Assembly (NCBI GenBank): GCA_951406725.2
Contig: OX597821.1
Coordinates: 46,748,001 to 46,812,000, forward strand
Source of the DNA: Octopus vulgaris
Lineage: Eukaryota
Length of the DNA: 64,000 nucleotides
Reading direction: 5' to 3'
Shown here: one piece after another, positions 12,331 to 26,189 of the stretch
Numbering within the stretch: the stretch's first letter is position 1
Layout of the letters: the number at the start of each line of letters is the position of its first letter
The notes under the pieces: generated by a model
What the model was told of the DNA's origin: nothing
The model's input: the letters and a program-made list of their open reading frames with translations, nothing else
Databases searched by the model: none
Program-made: the position numbers and the translations under genes

Positions 12331-12900
12331 AAATTCATAAAATTGATCTTTGTACATGTTTTCTTGCAGTTGTCTACATGCAACATATAAAGCAAAAAGT
12401 AAACGGTATCAGTCCCACTGCTCTTAGTATGCTTGGGAAGACCATAGGTACGCTCCATCCCCAAAACCGCAGCAATGTAATATATCTATGTACGACTAAA
12501 ATGGGTTACAAAGAGAGAAGAAACTCTGGGTATAAATTAAATTTTAAACTCGAATCGGTGTTAAAGTTAACATTTAAAATTTAGATATTCCAGTCCAAGG
12601 AGTATGGATTGCTGATGTGCATGCATACGCAAACGTACGTGTTTTACAATTGGCAACTGTGACTCAGTTGTCAATTGTGGAACATGACTGTTCCTACGTA
12701 ATGTAGTTGATTTTTTAAAATACTTTTATTTTTGGATGGCATATTGTAGTTTCCTTTATTTTTATGGAAGCTGTCAAATTTACCCCGAAATTTTATTTCT
12801 AATAACAGCTACATACCATTATATACATACGTGTGTGTTTATAATGATACAAGGAGAGAGGAAGAGGAGAGTGAGAAAGAAAGAGAGAAAGGGAAAATGA

Positions 12901-12938
<38 letters not shown>

Positions 12939-15871
12939 AGCATACAAGCACACAGACAGAAAGGCAAGAAGACTGGTAAACATGTCCGTGTCGTGAAGAA
13001 GTTAGCTTCGAGATTCGTTTACGAAGGATCTTTTTCTGTTGTTTAGAGTTGAACAATGGCGTATGAGTGGAATTTAAAAGAAGAAACGTATGCGGAAGAT
13101 TATCAACAGGACTTAGTTCAATGTATTCTGCAGACTACATTGAACTCCAGAGAGAGAAGCAACAGAGGCTGGTCACCTCTGTAACGTGAGAAATACTGAA
13201 AATGCCTGTGAATGACCCAAAGAGCACCGAGTCAAAGTAATTTGACTTGCTTTTCTTGAATATATGTAAGCAAAAAGACACGCAAACAGACATGCAGGCT
13301 CTCTCTATCTCTTTCTTTCTCTCTCTCTCTCTCTCTCCCTCTTTCCTTCTCACACGCACACACACACACATACACACACACACACACACACATATATATA
13401 CATATATGTATATATGTGTGTATGTATGTATATATATATTTATATATGTATGTATGCATGCGTATATGAAGGAATATTTCCATATTGAAGGTTCAAACTA
13501 TGTGAAAATATTACAGTTGGGCAGAGATTATGTTTATGCGTTAATCTGCATAAATCTGTGGCGGAAATTAAGTGGCTTCTTTTCCTTACCACTTTTATCA
13601 TTCACTAATCATAATCGGCTTTGATTTCGGTCAAACTGCGGAAAACAAACAAAACTTTATCTCATTACAAAATTTAGATAAAACGCGCGCGCACCACACA
13701 CACACACACACACAGAAGCACACACACAAACACACATACACTGACAAACGCAGATGCTCACACACTCACATACACATGCACATGCACACACACAAAACAC
13801 ACTCATACATAGACACAAACGCACAAATGCACGCGCGCACAAGCTCAGTCACATTTTAACACAGGTTCGTAGTAAGGCATTTACTGAGCGCTCTTTAACA
13901 ATTAAGTCAAGAATAGTTCCCAATCGTGTTTCTGAATAATGGTTCTTTTGTAAAATAAATGTCTTGAGTGAATTACAACCAGATCGACGTAGAACGTTGA
14001 TAACTTTGGGGATATCTATAAAATATCATAGAAAGAAGACTAAACTGGATACTATTGCGAAGGCACCTCGAGATTTAAATCCCAACTCAATATGCGTCAT
14101 TGAGTAGAATACCAACTATTCTTCATCAGAATGTGGCCTGCTGGACTTTCTGAGTGCTACGCCGTACGCCTAACGAAAAACGTCAGCTTTAAATTCTTAG
14201 CAGCGCAGCCTACCTGATGATGATCCATATTCCCTGTGACCCGCTTCCTGAAAAAATCTGCCCATACCCGATATTCACAATGAAAGGAAGTATCTTGTTT
14301 CTGGATTCAGGGTTGAGTTAACGAGAGGAAGAAAATTCAAAACTCTTCAGATTTAGATTTGTATTATATTAACTCTGTTCTCTACAAATATAATTTCTAT
14401 TCAGTGTTTAATTCACCACGATGGCCGATTGGCCTTTCAGTTTTCCGAAGTCAAGAAGACACATACAAGAAAAATCTGGTGGTAGATTTAAGTCAATTCC
14501 ATCCATCCTTGTGGCTAAAGTATGCTAAATTTATCTGCCTCTTTTCCAAAAAACACCCTGACTCGAAGATCGTGCCGTTAGAGTGAAATTACTGTTTGTG
14601 CATGTGTGTATTTATTTATGTATATTTTGTATGTTATTTTGCGACCAGCATCATCATTGGTAACAGGTTTCCAAAGAGCCAAACTCTGTATTTAATATAG
14701 TGAGAGTGTTAGTGTTTCTTATTGGAAGAGGGTAGGAAACTGTTATGATTGAAAAAGAGTGGACAGATGACCATATTTAATGTTATGCAACATTTAAACG
14801 TGACAAAAGCCTTGGCAGAATATCAAGCATTGTATGGATGCAAAATATATTTTATCATTTTATTAATATTGAAGAGGTGGCGACTGAATATTTCACTACT
14901 ATGGGTGGTAGAAGGCCTGTATCTATCTGAGGACCACCGGTCAAGCAATAAGGGCTATTACATCAAAGAAGGGATGCCCTATGGGAAGTATACAGTCGGT
15001 AAAATTGCCACCACACTAAACTATTTGCAGAATATTTTGTTTAAGATATGTGACAATTCAAGTTGACTCAGCAGATCAAACTGAATAATATTGGAAAACC
15101 ATCAAGGATAATGTAATCATTTTTTTTACATAACTTCCCTGCAACTAAAAACGTATGAGTAGAATCTAAGTCTATCGACACATTTTTCAAACACACACAC
15201 GGGGAAACAACCGATTCTTCATGACGTTTAGTAAACTATACGAATGATATACGTAATGACAGTGACATACGCAGCGTTAACAAGTGTTTAATTTCAAATA
15301 ACCTTGAACTTTATTTCAAAATGCAGATGCTAAAGTTCTGAAACGAGACACAATGCAATGATGCACCCATAAATGTGTCAGTATGGGTTTTCGAGAGTAT
15401 AAATCTAGACTGACATATGGCAAAGCATTAATATGAGTGTAGCTGTAAAAATAGTACAAATCAAAACAGGGACATGCCAGTTTAGATTATTAAACAATGA
15501 AACTGAACTAAAAGACATTATATTCCAGACGAGGAATTTTACACACTTGAAATTTATGTAAACATAGAGCACGGTGAATTTTAAATAGAGTACAAGTGAG
15601 TACCAAATGCCTGCTTTGACATCACTATAAACACTGTCTTACGTATCTATGTTTCCATGTTTCACGTCAGATGGTAAACATTCCCAGGTTTATAAAAATA
15701 TATGCATGTCTGACTGCCTGTCTGTCTCACTCTCACTCTCTCTCACTCACTCTCTCTATTGTATATGTTCTCACTCTCTCTATGTGTATATATATGTATA
15801 TTTTATAGAATATGTATGCATATATACGTATATGCACTCATACATATGAGTACATATATGTACGTATGTAT

Positions 15872-15914
<43 letters not shown>

Positions 15915-16048
15915 CATATATGCATTATATGCATGGATATATACACACATATATGCATACATGTAAGCACCTATGTATGTAGGAGTATGTATATATGTAA
16001 CTACATATACATCTATCTATCTCTCTCTATATATATATACATACATGC

Positions 16049-16085
<37 letters not shown>

Positions 16086-16430
16086 TGTGTCTGAGTGTAT
16101 GTATAATTATGCAGAGGAAGAGAGAGTAAGAAATAAATACACATGATTATGATTGCGATACGTTTTGATATCTTTTGTATTTCAATGATGTGTCAGAATG
16201 TGTGATATATAATGATATTAACAACCGAATCCGTCAACCCAAATCTTATTTTTAGTTTGTAACGTTCAAATTTATACTTTCAACAGATTCATAGAAGCTG
16301 CACAGAACATCTCTAAAAGTTATCTGTTTGAGTTTATTTGAATATTATCTTGATAATTGATTGAACAGAAAGACAATTTATATTTATTGATACGTCATTT
16401 TCACAAGTATGAATGAGATATTTACATATC

Positions 16431-16600
16431 GGCGCAGGAGTGGCTGTGTAGTAAGCGGCTTGCTAACCAACCACATGGTTCCGGGTTCAGTCCCACTGCG
16501 TGGCACCTTGGGCAAGTGTCTTCTACTATAACATCGGGCCGACCAATGCCTTGTGAGTGGATTTGGTAGACGAAAACTGAAAGAAGCTCGTCGTATATAT

Positions 16601-16640
<40 letters not shown>

Positions 16641-16857
16641 TTGTGTGTCTGTGTTTGTCTCCCTAGCATTGCTTGACAACCGATGCTGGTGTGTTTACGT
16701 CCCCGTCACCTAGCGGTTCGGCAAAAGAGACCGATAGAATAAGTACTGGGCTTACAAAGAACAAGTCCCGGCGTCGATTTGCTCGACTAAAGGCGGTGCT
16801 CCAGTATGGCCGCAGTCAAATGACTGAAAGAAGTAAAAGAGTAAAAGAGTAAAGAGT
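16431..16857 (+). mobile_element. SINE family A
   Basis: GGCGCAGGAGTGGCTGTG head, B box GGTTCAGTCCC, (GTAAAAGA)n tail. Confidence 0.9.
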
Positions 16858-17115
16858 ATATGTTTGAGAGGAGATTACAGGTGTGATGTTAGTATCTCAG
16901 TACATTTTATGCAGATGAGTTATTATGATACGTTAAAAACGTGTTAAAAAATATTCTCTTTTCGGTTTCAGATATCTTAAACACAACTCTTTATCGATGA
17001 CAGAACGACAGGTTAGATTTCTTCCTCCTATTATTTTCACTTTTATACAGTGTCAGAGATGCACATACTATGTAAACACGCAAACATATATGTACATGTG
17101 GCATGTGATTATATA

Positions 17116-17190
<75 letters not shown>

Positions 17191-17534
17191 GGATAAATAG
17201 ATAGATAGATATATAGATAGACAGACAGACAGATAGATACACAAACACACACATACACAAACACACACATACACAAACACACACACACACATATATATAT
17301 AGATATATATATAGATAGATAGATAGATATACATCAACATGCACACACACATATGTCTATGTGCATGTAATTTCTTTATTATGTCTATGTGCATGTATGT
17401 GCATGTATATATGTATCATACACTTCCGTGTGCTTTTGTGTGCAAGCATGTATACATACATACATGCATACACACACACGTATATATGCACACACGCACA
17501 CCACATATATAACATATATAGATATATCACATAC

Positions 17535-17720
17535 ACATCATCATCATCATCATCATCATCTTCGTTATGCATCCTCTATGATTTATGGAGCGAGCGTTCT
17601 TAGATCGGAAGACCACATCTCGTTCATAAATTTCCGTTTTAGTTTGGTTTCTACAGTTGGATGCCCTTCCTAATGGAAACCAGTTTACGGAGTGCTGTCG
17701 GCACAATTTGATGGCACCAA
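17535..17720 (-). mobile_element. Degenerate SINE-like remnant with a (GAT)n tail
   Basis: The minus strand has AGGAAGGGCATCCAACTGTAGAAACC, a motif common in invertebrate SINEs, and ends in (GAT)n. Confidence 0.4.
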
Positions 17721-17748
17721 TATTTTGGGAGGTTAAATACATGTGTAT

Positions 17749-17791
<43 letters not shown>

Positions 17792-17969
17792 TGTGAGTGT
17801 GTATGTGTGTGCGTGCGTGCGTGTTTTAGGAATAAAATGTTCTTGATGGAGAAGTAAGTAGTTCACTAATAATAATCTTGAGACAAATGAATCATGAATA
17901 ATGAAGACATGGATTCTTTTAGTTTTTACAATAAAAAGCTTCGAATTATCTTAGACGATTTATATACAA

Positions 17970-18000
<31 letters not shown>

Positions 18001-18047
18001 CATACATACATGCATAACTTAAGAAACGATAATTTCATTATGGGTAC

Positions 18048-18252
18048 ACTTTTACTCTTTTACTTGTTTCGGTCATTTGACTGCGGCCATGCTGGAGCAC
18101 CGCCTTTAGTCGAGCAAATCGATCCCGGGACTTGTTCTTTGTAAGCCCAGTACTTATTCAATCTATCGCTTTTTGCCGAAGCGTTAAGTTACGGGGAGGC
18201 AAACACACCAGCATCGGTTGTCAAGCGATGGTGGGGGGACAAACACACACAA

Positions 18253-18344
<92 letters not shown>

Positions 18345-18513
18345 TAATATGACGGGCTTCTTTCAGTTTCCGTCTACCAAAACCACTCACAAGGCTTTGA
18401 TCGGCCTGAGGCTATAGCAGAAGACACTTGCCCAAGGTGCCACGCAGTGGGACTGAACCCGGAACCATGTGGTTGGTAAGCAAGCTACTTACCACACAGC
18501 CACTCATGTGCCT
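18048..18513 (-). mobile_element. SINE family A
   Basis: Full-length match with an expanded (CA)n centre. Confidence 0.9.
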
Positions 18514-18784
18514 ATGTAGTTATAATAATTTATCATAACTGTCTCTGTAATAGGCACATGTGCTAACATTTTGAGGGAAGCGGCTAATTCATTTAATCGA
18601 TCCAGTGCTCAACAGTTGATTATTTTATCGATCACCAAACGGATGAAAGGCAAGGTCGAACTCCGTAGATTTCAAAACTGAACGTAAGGATGGATAAAAT
18701 GCCATTTAGCATTTTGTCCGGTGTGCTAATGATTCGGCTTGCTCGCTGATTTAATAATAATAGTAATAATAATAATAATTATGG

Positions 18785-19055
18785 TGATTTGACTCCGTGT
18801 CGTTCTAATTCGTGGTTAGAGTATATGTAGTTAGCGAGTGGCTACCTGTAACTTTAGGCCTCCACAAGCTTTCAATAGTGTCTTAAAACCCTCCTGATAA
18901 TTTTCTCTATGCCTAACAAGCAAACTTTCTGTAGAAGATCTACACGACATTCTGTTCCAATCTCATTCAACCATTTAAATTTTCCAAAATAGCAACTATT
19001 ACAGGCACAACGTGTATAAATTTCATATTCCAAAGTATTGCAATATCGGATTTTA
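18785..19055 (-). mobile_element. R4/Dong-clade LINE extreme 3' fragment
   Basis: The minus strand translates [17 protein letters not shown], then after a frameshift LLQKVCLLGIEKIIRRVL, homologous to the end of the 9365 ORF; lies between TAA/TTA runs. Confidence 0.65.
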
Positions 19056-19149
19056 ATAATAATATTAATAATAATACTAATAATATCAATATTATTATTA
19101 TTGTTATTGTTGTTGTTGTTGTTGTTGTTGATATTACTGTATTACACAC

Positions 19150-19192
19150 AAATATTTGCATATTATATATATACATGTATATATATACATGG

Positions 19193-19268
<76 letters not shown>

Positions 19269-19335
19269 ATATTTAAATATACAAATAATATATCATATAT
19301 ATATATATATATATATATGTACATGTATATATGTA

Positions 19336-19382
<47 letters not shown>

Positions 19383-19912
19383 TATATATATATATGAATA
19401 TATGTGTGTGTAAATATATATATATATATATATATTATTGCACGTATTATAAGTGTTATACGCATGGTATATTATTTATAAATTGAATATATATATATAT
19501 ATAATTTTTATATGTATATATATATATATATCATTGATATGTATATATATAATATATAAATATAAATAAATAATATATGTATATTATATATATATATATA
19601 ATATACATATATAATTTATATATATATTTATAAATTATATATATACATATCAATGAGATATATATATAAATTTATATAGATATAATTTATATATATGTAT
19701 ATAATTTTCATATTATATATATATATAAGATGTATATAATTTATATATTTCATATATAAGATATATATATATATATATATATTGTATTACATGTATATAC
19801 ATTGTATTATATATATATACAGATATATATGATATACATTTTGTTTATTATATACATATATACACTTATATCTTTACGTAACACATTTGTTTTATATATG
19901 TACGTGTGTGTT

Positions 19913-19960
<48 letters not shown>

Positions 19961-19983
19961 AATACATACACTCACATACATAC

Positions 19984-20037
<54 letters not shown>

Positions 20038-20045
20038 TGATAGAT

Positions 20046-20130
<85 letters not shown>

Positions 20131-20132
20131 GA
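19150..20132. repeat. Compound (TA)n / (GA)n / (GATA)n low-complexity tract
   Basis: Direct read. Confidence 0.9.
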
Positions 20133-23070
20133 TTTAAAGACAGGGTAGGAGAGAGATATAGTATCTTAAAATGTATTGTTATATATTATTATATATATAC
20201 AGTATATATTTTGCAATATATTAAATTTATAGTAAGGTAAAATATATGATACATGATATATGTAACTTATATCATGTATGTTCTAATATTTCATGCAATA
20301 TAGACTACATAATATATAACATTATATACTCTTTATTTTATAGATATTGCATATAGTATAAATTCATTTATGTATATACTTATGTATTATACATAGGAAA
20401 TATGTATATAACATATATGTGTATATATATATGTATATTTTATAGAATATGTATGCATATATACGTATATGCACTCATACAGAAAGACACTATACACACA
20501 CAAATACACACACATACATACACACCATAAACAAACTGACATAACGTTTTGTGTGTGTGTGTTCGTGTGTATCTGAAGGTACGCGCGCGTGTCTGTTATG
20601 TATGTACGCGTTCGCTAAAATCCAGGGTTATGAACAATTATATGCAATCTGTTAGGTGATGCAAAATAGTACAGCTATAAAATAAATAACAGCTACTTCT
20701 ACTAATATAACCTCTATAGCGTTGCGAACAAGAAGTTGTTGCAAGGAAGGAAATCGTATTGAATTGTATATGAAGTGTAGTGACATGACAACCGTTTTTA
20801 TATGTTTATACATGCTAAATCCTAAATTATAAAATGAAGGGGTGGATCTAATTAATAATGAATTGTTACAATTATTATAACTGTAAATGTTATGTTGAAC
20901 ATTGTAACACTATAATACTACACTTGATAGCTTTGCGCTACTGCTTTCCTTTGAAGTTTTTTAAACGGAAGTATAGGTGCAACTAGTGGGAAAGAGATGC
21001 ACTCTGGTAAATGCAGTTACACTTAATTTTTCGTAGATACACTCAATCACAACAGGACATATAGTCGTTAAAATTAGTTATGTCCTGAGGGAGGGTACGC
21101 AATCTGTTTAGTTAAGTACAAGATTTCTTCTCCCGTTTTATTATAAATATAAATTTCTTTTGACTTTGAACAAGGACAGCATTTTTGTAAAGGATGGCGC
21201 TAATCGATCCATTCTATTACTGATACCTATTTGAACTGCTGCTCGAAGGAAGGGGGTTCGAATCTACACATAGAAAGGGTAGGTTATATGTTGTCATGCC
21301 CAGAGAGTTGGCTGCACTATAATTTCAAATAAATCATAACTGTTTATATTATTTTAAGAAAATATACCCTTGGGGTTGGGGACAAATTATATATATCTTC
21401 AATCGACAGTGCTAATGAGCTGCGAACGTGTGTGTGTTGTAGTGGCAAACGACAGAGGGGATTAATAATTATGAAGTGGTACTGTTCGGTTTTCGTGTAG
21501 AATAAATAATGACCGTGGCAAACATGAATTTGTAGAGATGGTTAGAGTGCATGAATGAATGGATGTTTACTCACACGATCTGATTTTAATGAAGAACCGA
21601 AAACCGGAGATATGGGGTTAAAAAATTATGCTACATGGCTTGGGAACATAGAAAAAGTAAATAAGCGAAAGCTGTATTTTTCTGTTAGACTGTCACCCAT
21701 CAACATTGTGGCACTAGAATTATCAGTTGTATAGAATAACGTATTTGTAAAGTGCATTCGATCAAGTCAAATCTGTAGCAGTAGAGAAGATGCAAATCTA
21801 AAAACGGCCCGATTAAAAGGAGACGGCAAGCAAGTCGCCATTGTGAGTACGAAACGCTATCTTAGATCTATAACCACTTCTGTTACTCAACATAGTACTA
21901 TAGAGAGTAAGAAGCAAAAATCGCGATATGCTAGTGTGTTATGGGAGAAATATAACGTATCGATGAAGAACATTTTGCCAGAGAATTTGGTAGAATCACC
22001 ACAAATATCCTCGAATTCTAGAGATACCATGCTACTATTACTACTATATTTTACTACAGCAGAAGGAAGCCGATAACAACAGCAACAACATGAACGTGAA
22101 GAATTCTTCGAAGAAAATGATAACAAAGACAGTAATGATGCTAAATTAATTCGCTATATCTGAGATTCCTTGGATTTTCGGAGCTATTTTATGCATTCAT
22201 TAAGTCTAACACGCACACACACAGACACATATATACTCACACACATACACACACATGCAAATATATTTATATATATGGGTATTTAGACACACGTCACGTC
22301 TTTGTATAGAAGCATGCATACACACACACACATACACAAACACACGTATTTATCCATGTGCAATAAATAATACTTGTACACATACATCAGCTATCAAACT
22401 GACCTGGAATTATATCTATATATATATATGCTTGTGTGTATATAAATTTATATATATATATATATATGCATGCAAACATACATGTGTGTATTTGAGTGTG
22501 CGAGCGTGCGCGCGCGTGTGGATGAACGGATATATATATAAAATAAGTAAATAGAAATATATAGAAACATGCTATTAAAAATTCAAAGCAATAAACAAAC
22601 GAAAGACTACTTGGAAAAGAAAATATCACCAAATACAGAGAGAATTGAGGTAAAGGATCTTTTGCTTACCGATAATCTGTCCCTCCCTTACTGTCAAGCT
22701 ATGTAATCAACCCTAGAAACGATCATTTTACTATAGAACCATCTCGTCTTATTCTTGACATAGAAGAATTTTTCACGTTTTCTGAAATACTATATACAAC
22801 AAAGCAAGAGGAGCACCAACCACGACTTTCCTCCTCCTCCTCCTCCTCCGCCTCCTCCTCCGCCTCTCACTCCTCCTCATCCTCCAGCTCTTTTTCTTCT
22901 TCTTCTTCTTCTTCTTCTTCTTCTTCCTTCATTTTTCCATACACCTTAGTCTCCGCCGCCGCCACCAACACTGACATCGCCACCATTTCCTCTTCCTTCT
23001 CTTCAAACTACTGTTACTATCATTGCTCTCTCTCTCTCTTCCTCTCTCTCTCTCTCTATCTATCTATCTG

Positions 23071-23153
<83 letters not shown>

Positions 23154-23312
23154 CTATCTCTATCTCTGCTCAAATACACATTCATAATATGAGTAGAGGT
23201 GTGTGAGCGTGTGTATATATGTGTGTATACATACATCGTGTGTATATCTATGTGCAAACGCACGAACATTCACACATACATACATACATACATACATACA
23301 CACGAACACACG

Positions 23313-23402
<90 letters not shown>

Positions 23403-23547
23403 ACAAAGTTCCTTGCTACATCGCTTCCCCACCTTTAATTTTCCTTTCCAACAGTATACTACTGCAACCGCATTTAACATCGACTGCTCTGCCTGCTGCT
23501 ATAATCAACGTTACTTCTGCTAGTAATGAAACTACTACTACTACTAT

Positions 23548-23584
<37 letters not shown>

Positions 23585-24041
23585 GTGTAATAACGATATT
23601 CTAGTAGTGTGTGTGCGTGTATGTGTGTGTAAGCTCAAGTAAAGGAATTAAAGATATTTAAATAAGAATTCTAACGAAGAAGAAGAGGCAGAGAGATAAG
23701 TCGTGATAAGCGACTAAGATTATAGAGAAGGAGAGAGAGAGAGAAGGAGAGAGAGTGAAAGAGAGAGAGAGTGAGAGAGAGAGAGAGTTGAAATGTGAAA
23801 GTGTGTGTGTGTGTGTGTGTGTGTGTCGGTTGTGTAATGAAAATGTAAATGAAATGAACATGAAGAGAGCATGAAAGAGAACTGTTTCTCTACGATAAGT
23901 GTGGAAGAGTGCATCTTGTGTCACTGTGTGTGTGTGTGTGTGTGTATGACTGAGGCAGGGACGAAGGAGAAATACTAAGTGCAGACAAACAGACAGCTTG
24001 TTATGTGTGTGTGCGTGTGTGTGTGCACCTGTGTGTGAGAG

Positions 24042-24087
<46 letters not shown>

Positions 24088-24246
24088 CATGTATGTGTGT
24101 GTCTGCGTATGCTTTTGTGTGTGTTAGTGCGTGCGTGTGTACCGAGAAGACAGATCAGTGAAACTCCGTTTATGTAGCAGGGTTATAGTAGTAAATGTGT
24201 GTGTGTGTGCTTGTGTGTGAGTGTATATGCGTTGGCACACACACAC

Positions 24247-24311
<65 letters not shown>

Positions 24312-24834
24312 ACTACACACACATATAAGACCAGATGTGTATAGGTGTGTGTGTATGTATTGTTGGATAAACGTTTATGAATGCGTAGCGAGCCAAACGT
24401 AGAGGGAGTAGAGAGAGGGAGGGAGGGAGGGAGGGAACCAGATCGAAGAGGAGGAAGAAGAATATAGGAGCGGAAGTTGAAAGTGGGTGAGGGTGTCTGT
24501 CACTTGTTAAAATTGCGAAAGAACAAGTGACTTACAGGTAGATATACCTGCAATATAAGATTCTGGAGCACGGGCACCAAGTGGTGGTGGTGGTAGTTAC
24601 GGTGGTAAGAGTGCTAGGGTTGAAGACTGAAAATAACGTTGTTGGTGCTTTTGTTGTTGCTGGTGGTGGTGGTGGTCATGGTGGGGGTGGTGATCATGGT
24701 GGTCGATTCTGTTGCTGTTTGCTATGAATACACATTCATATGTGTAGAGGTGTGAGAGCGTGTGTATATGTGTATATATCATGTGTATATTTAAGTGCAA
24801 ACGCACGAACATGCACACACACACACACACACAC

Positions 24835-24889
<55 letters not shown>

Positions 24890-24910
24890 ACAAAGTTCCT
24901 TGCTACATCG

Positions 24911-24995
24911 CTTTAATTATGTTCTTTAATTTTGTCACCTTTAATTATGTTCTTTATTTTTGTCACCTTTAATTATGTTCTTTATTTTTGTCACC
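24911..24995 (+). repeat. Three tandem copies of a 28-bp unit CTTTAATTATGTTCTTTA(A/T)TTTTGTCAC
   Basis: Direct read. Confidence 0.92.
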
Positions 24996-24997
24996 AG

Positions 24998-25062
24998 GAT
25001 CTCCTGGTGAAAAGCTGACCCTACAAAAATCTTCGAAACCTGACTCGAAAGCGTCCACCAAG
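24998..25062 (+). other. Candidate 65-nt internal exon (GSPGEKLTLQKSSKPDSKASTK if coding)
   Basis: Acceptor TTCTTTATTTTTGTCACCAG, donor AAG/GTAAAT, open in one frame; no recognisable homology. Confidence 0.4.
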
Positions 25063-25608
25063 GTAAATTATGCTATTAAGGGACTCAAGGGCTCCCAAGG
25101 GCTCCCGCACAATTTCGGTCAACCAGATTTCACTCACAAAGCTCTGATCGACTCGAGGCTACGGTAGGATTGAACCCGAAACCATATGAGTGTGAACTAA
25201 ACTTCTTAACTTCGCAACCAGGCTAGCTGGAGCCTTCTAAACATGACTATCACGCCATTTCTCTCTCTCTCTCCCTCTTGCTCTCTCTCCCTCTTGCTCT
25301 CCCCCCCTCTCTCTTTAGAGAAGGCAATTGTGATTAAAAGAAAGTTTGGCTTCTATTTCCAGTACTGGTTATTGGTTGCCAGTGTATAATGATAATGTCA
25401 GTGACGGTTGTGGGGCGGGTGGTGATACATGAACTGCGGACGGTTTCGGTCAAGGCTGACACAATTAACACACATGGTCAGTCGGTAGCTGCTACAGCTG
25501 ATATAACACCCACGCAAGGTCATGATGCCGCTAGCGTCCAGACATGAGCAAACATAAACTCATAAATCCACATTTATTTTATGCACATACATACATACAT
25601 ACATACAT

Positions 25609-25732
<124 letters not shown>

Positions 25733-25865
25733 CTTCTGGCTATATCTTTTACTTGTTTCAGTCATTAAACTGCGGCCATGCTGGAGCACCACCAAGGAGA
25801 ATTTTAGTCTAACGAATTGACCCAGTATTTACTTTTTCAAGCTTGATACTTATGTGTATATGTGT

Positions 25866-25910
<45 letters not shown>

Positions 25911-26189
25911 ACATTTACAGTTATGCAGATATTTTTAGAGAGATATTAATTCCTAGACAGTTTTAAAAGAACCAGATAACGCTTCATATACGTTGAACAA
26001 TAATATATGAGATATATGCTGGCACATGTAGATAGATGCGCGGGCGCTTATTGTTGTTTTAAAATTCGTTCAGTTGTAATGAGGGGGGAGGAGGAGGAGG
26101 AGGAGGAGGAGACTGGCGAATAAATCACAAAAAGAAAAAAAATAGAAATATACAAAACGTTACGTTTTTATCTTTTATTTATCTTTTAT

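Noticed and set aside
12774-12790. GTCAAATTTACCCCGAA shared with the transposon end near 38533
   Set aside because: An isolated 17-mer with no partner TIR or internal homology seen.
14100-14132. Minus-strand CTGATGA A GAATA/TATTC hammerhead-like start
   Set aside because: No GAAA follows stem II, so the core is incomplete.
14700-15060. RTE-like LINE remnant (ILKRW..EYF) and similar traces near 21500, 43800-44850 and 50500-50800
   Set aside because: Too decayed to assign boundaries or a family by eye.
21790-22160. Possible coding exon (77-79-aa ORFs on both strands)
   Set aside because: No recognisable motif and no convincing splice-site pair.
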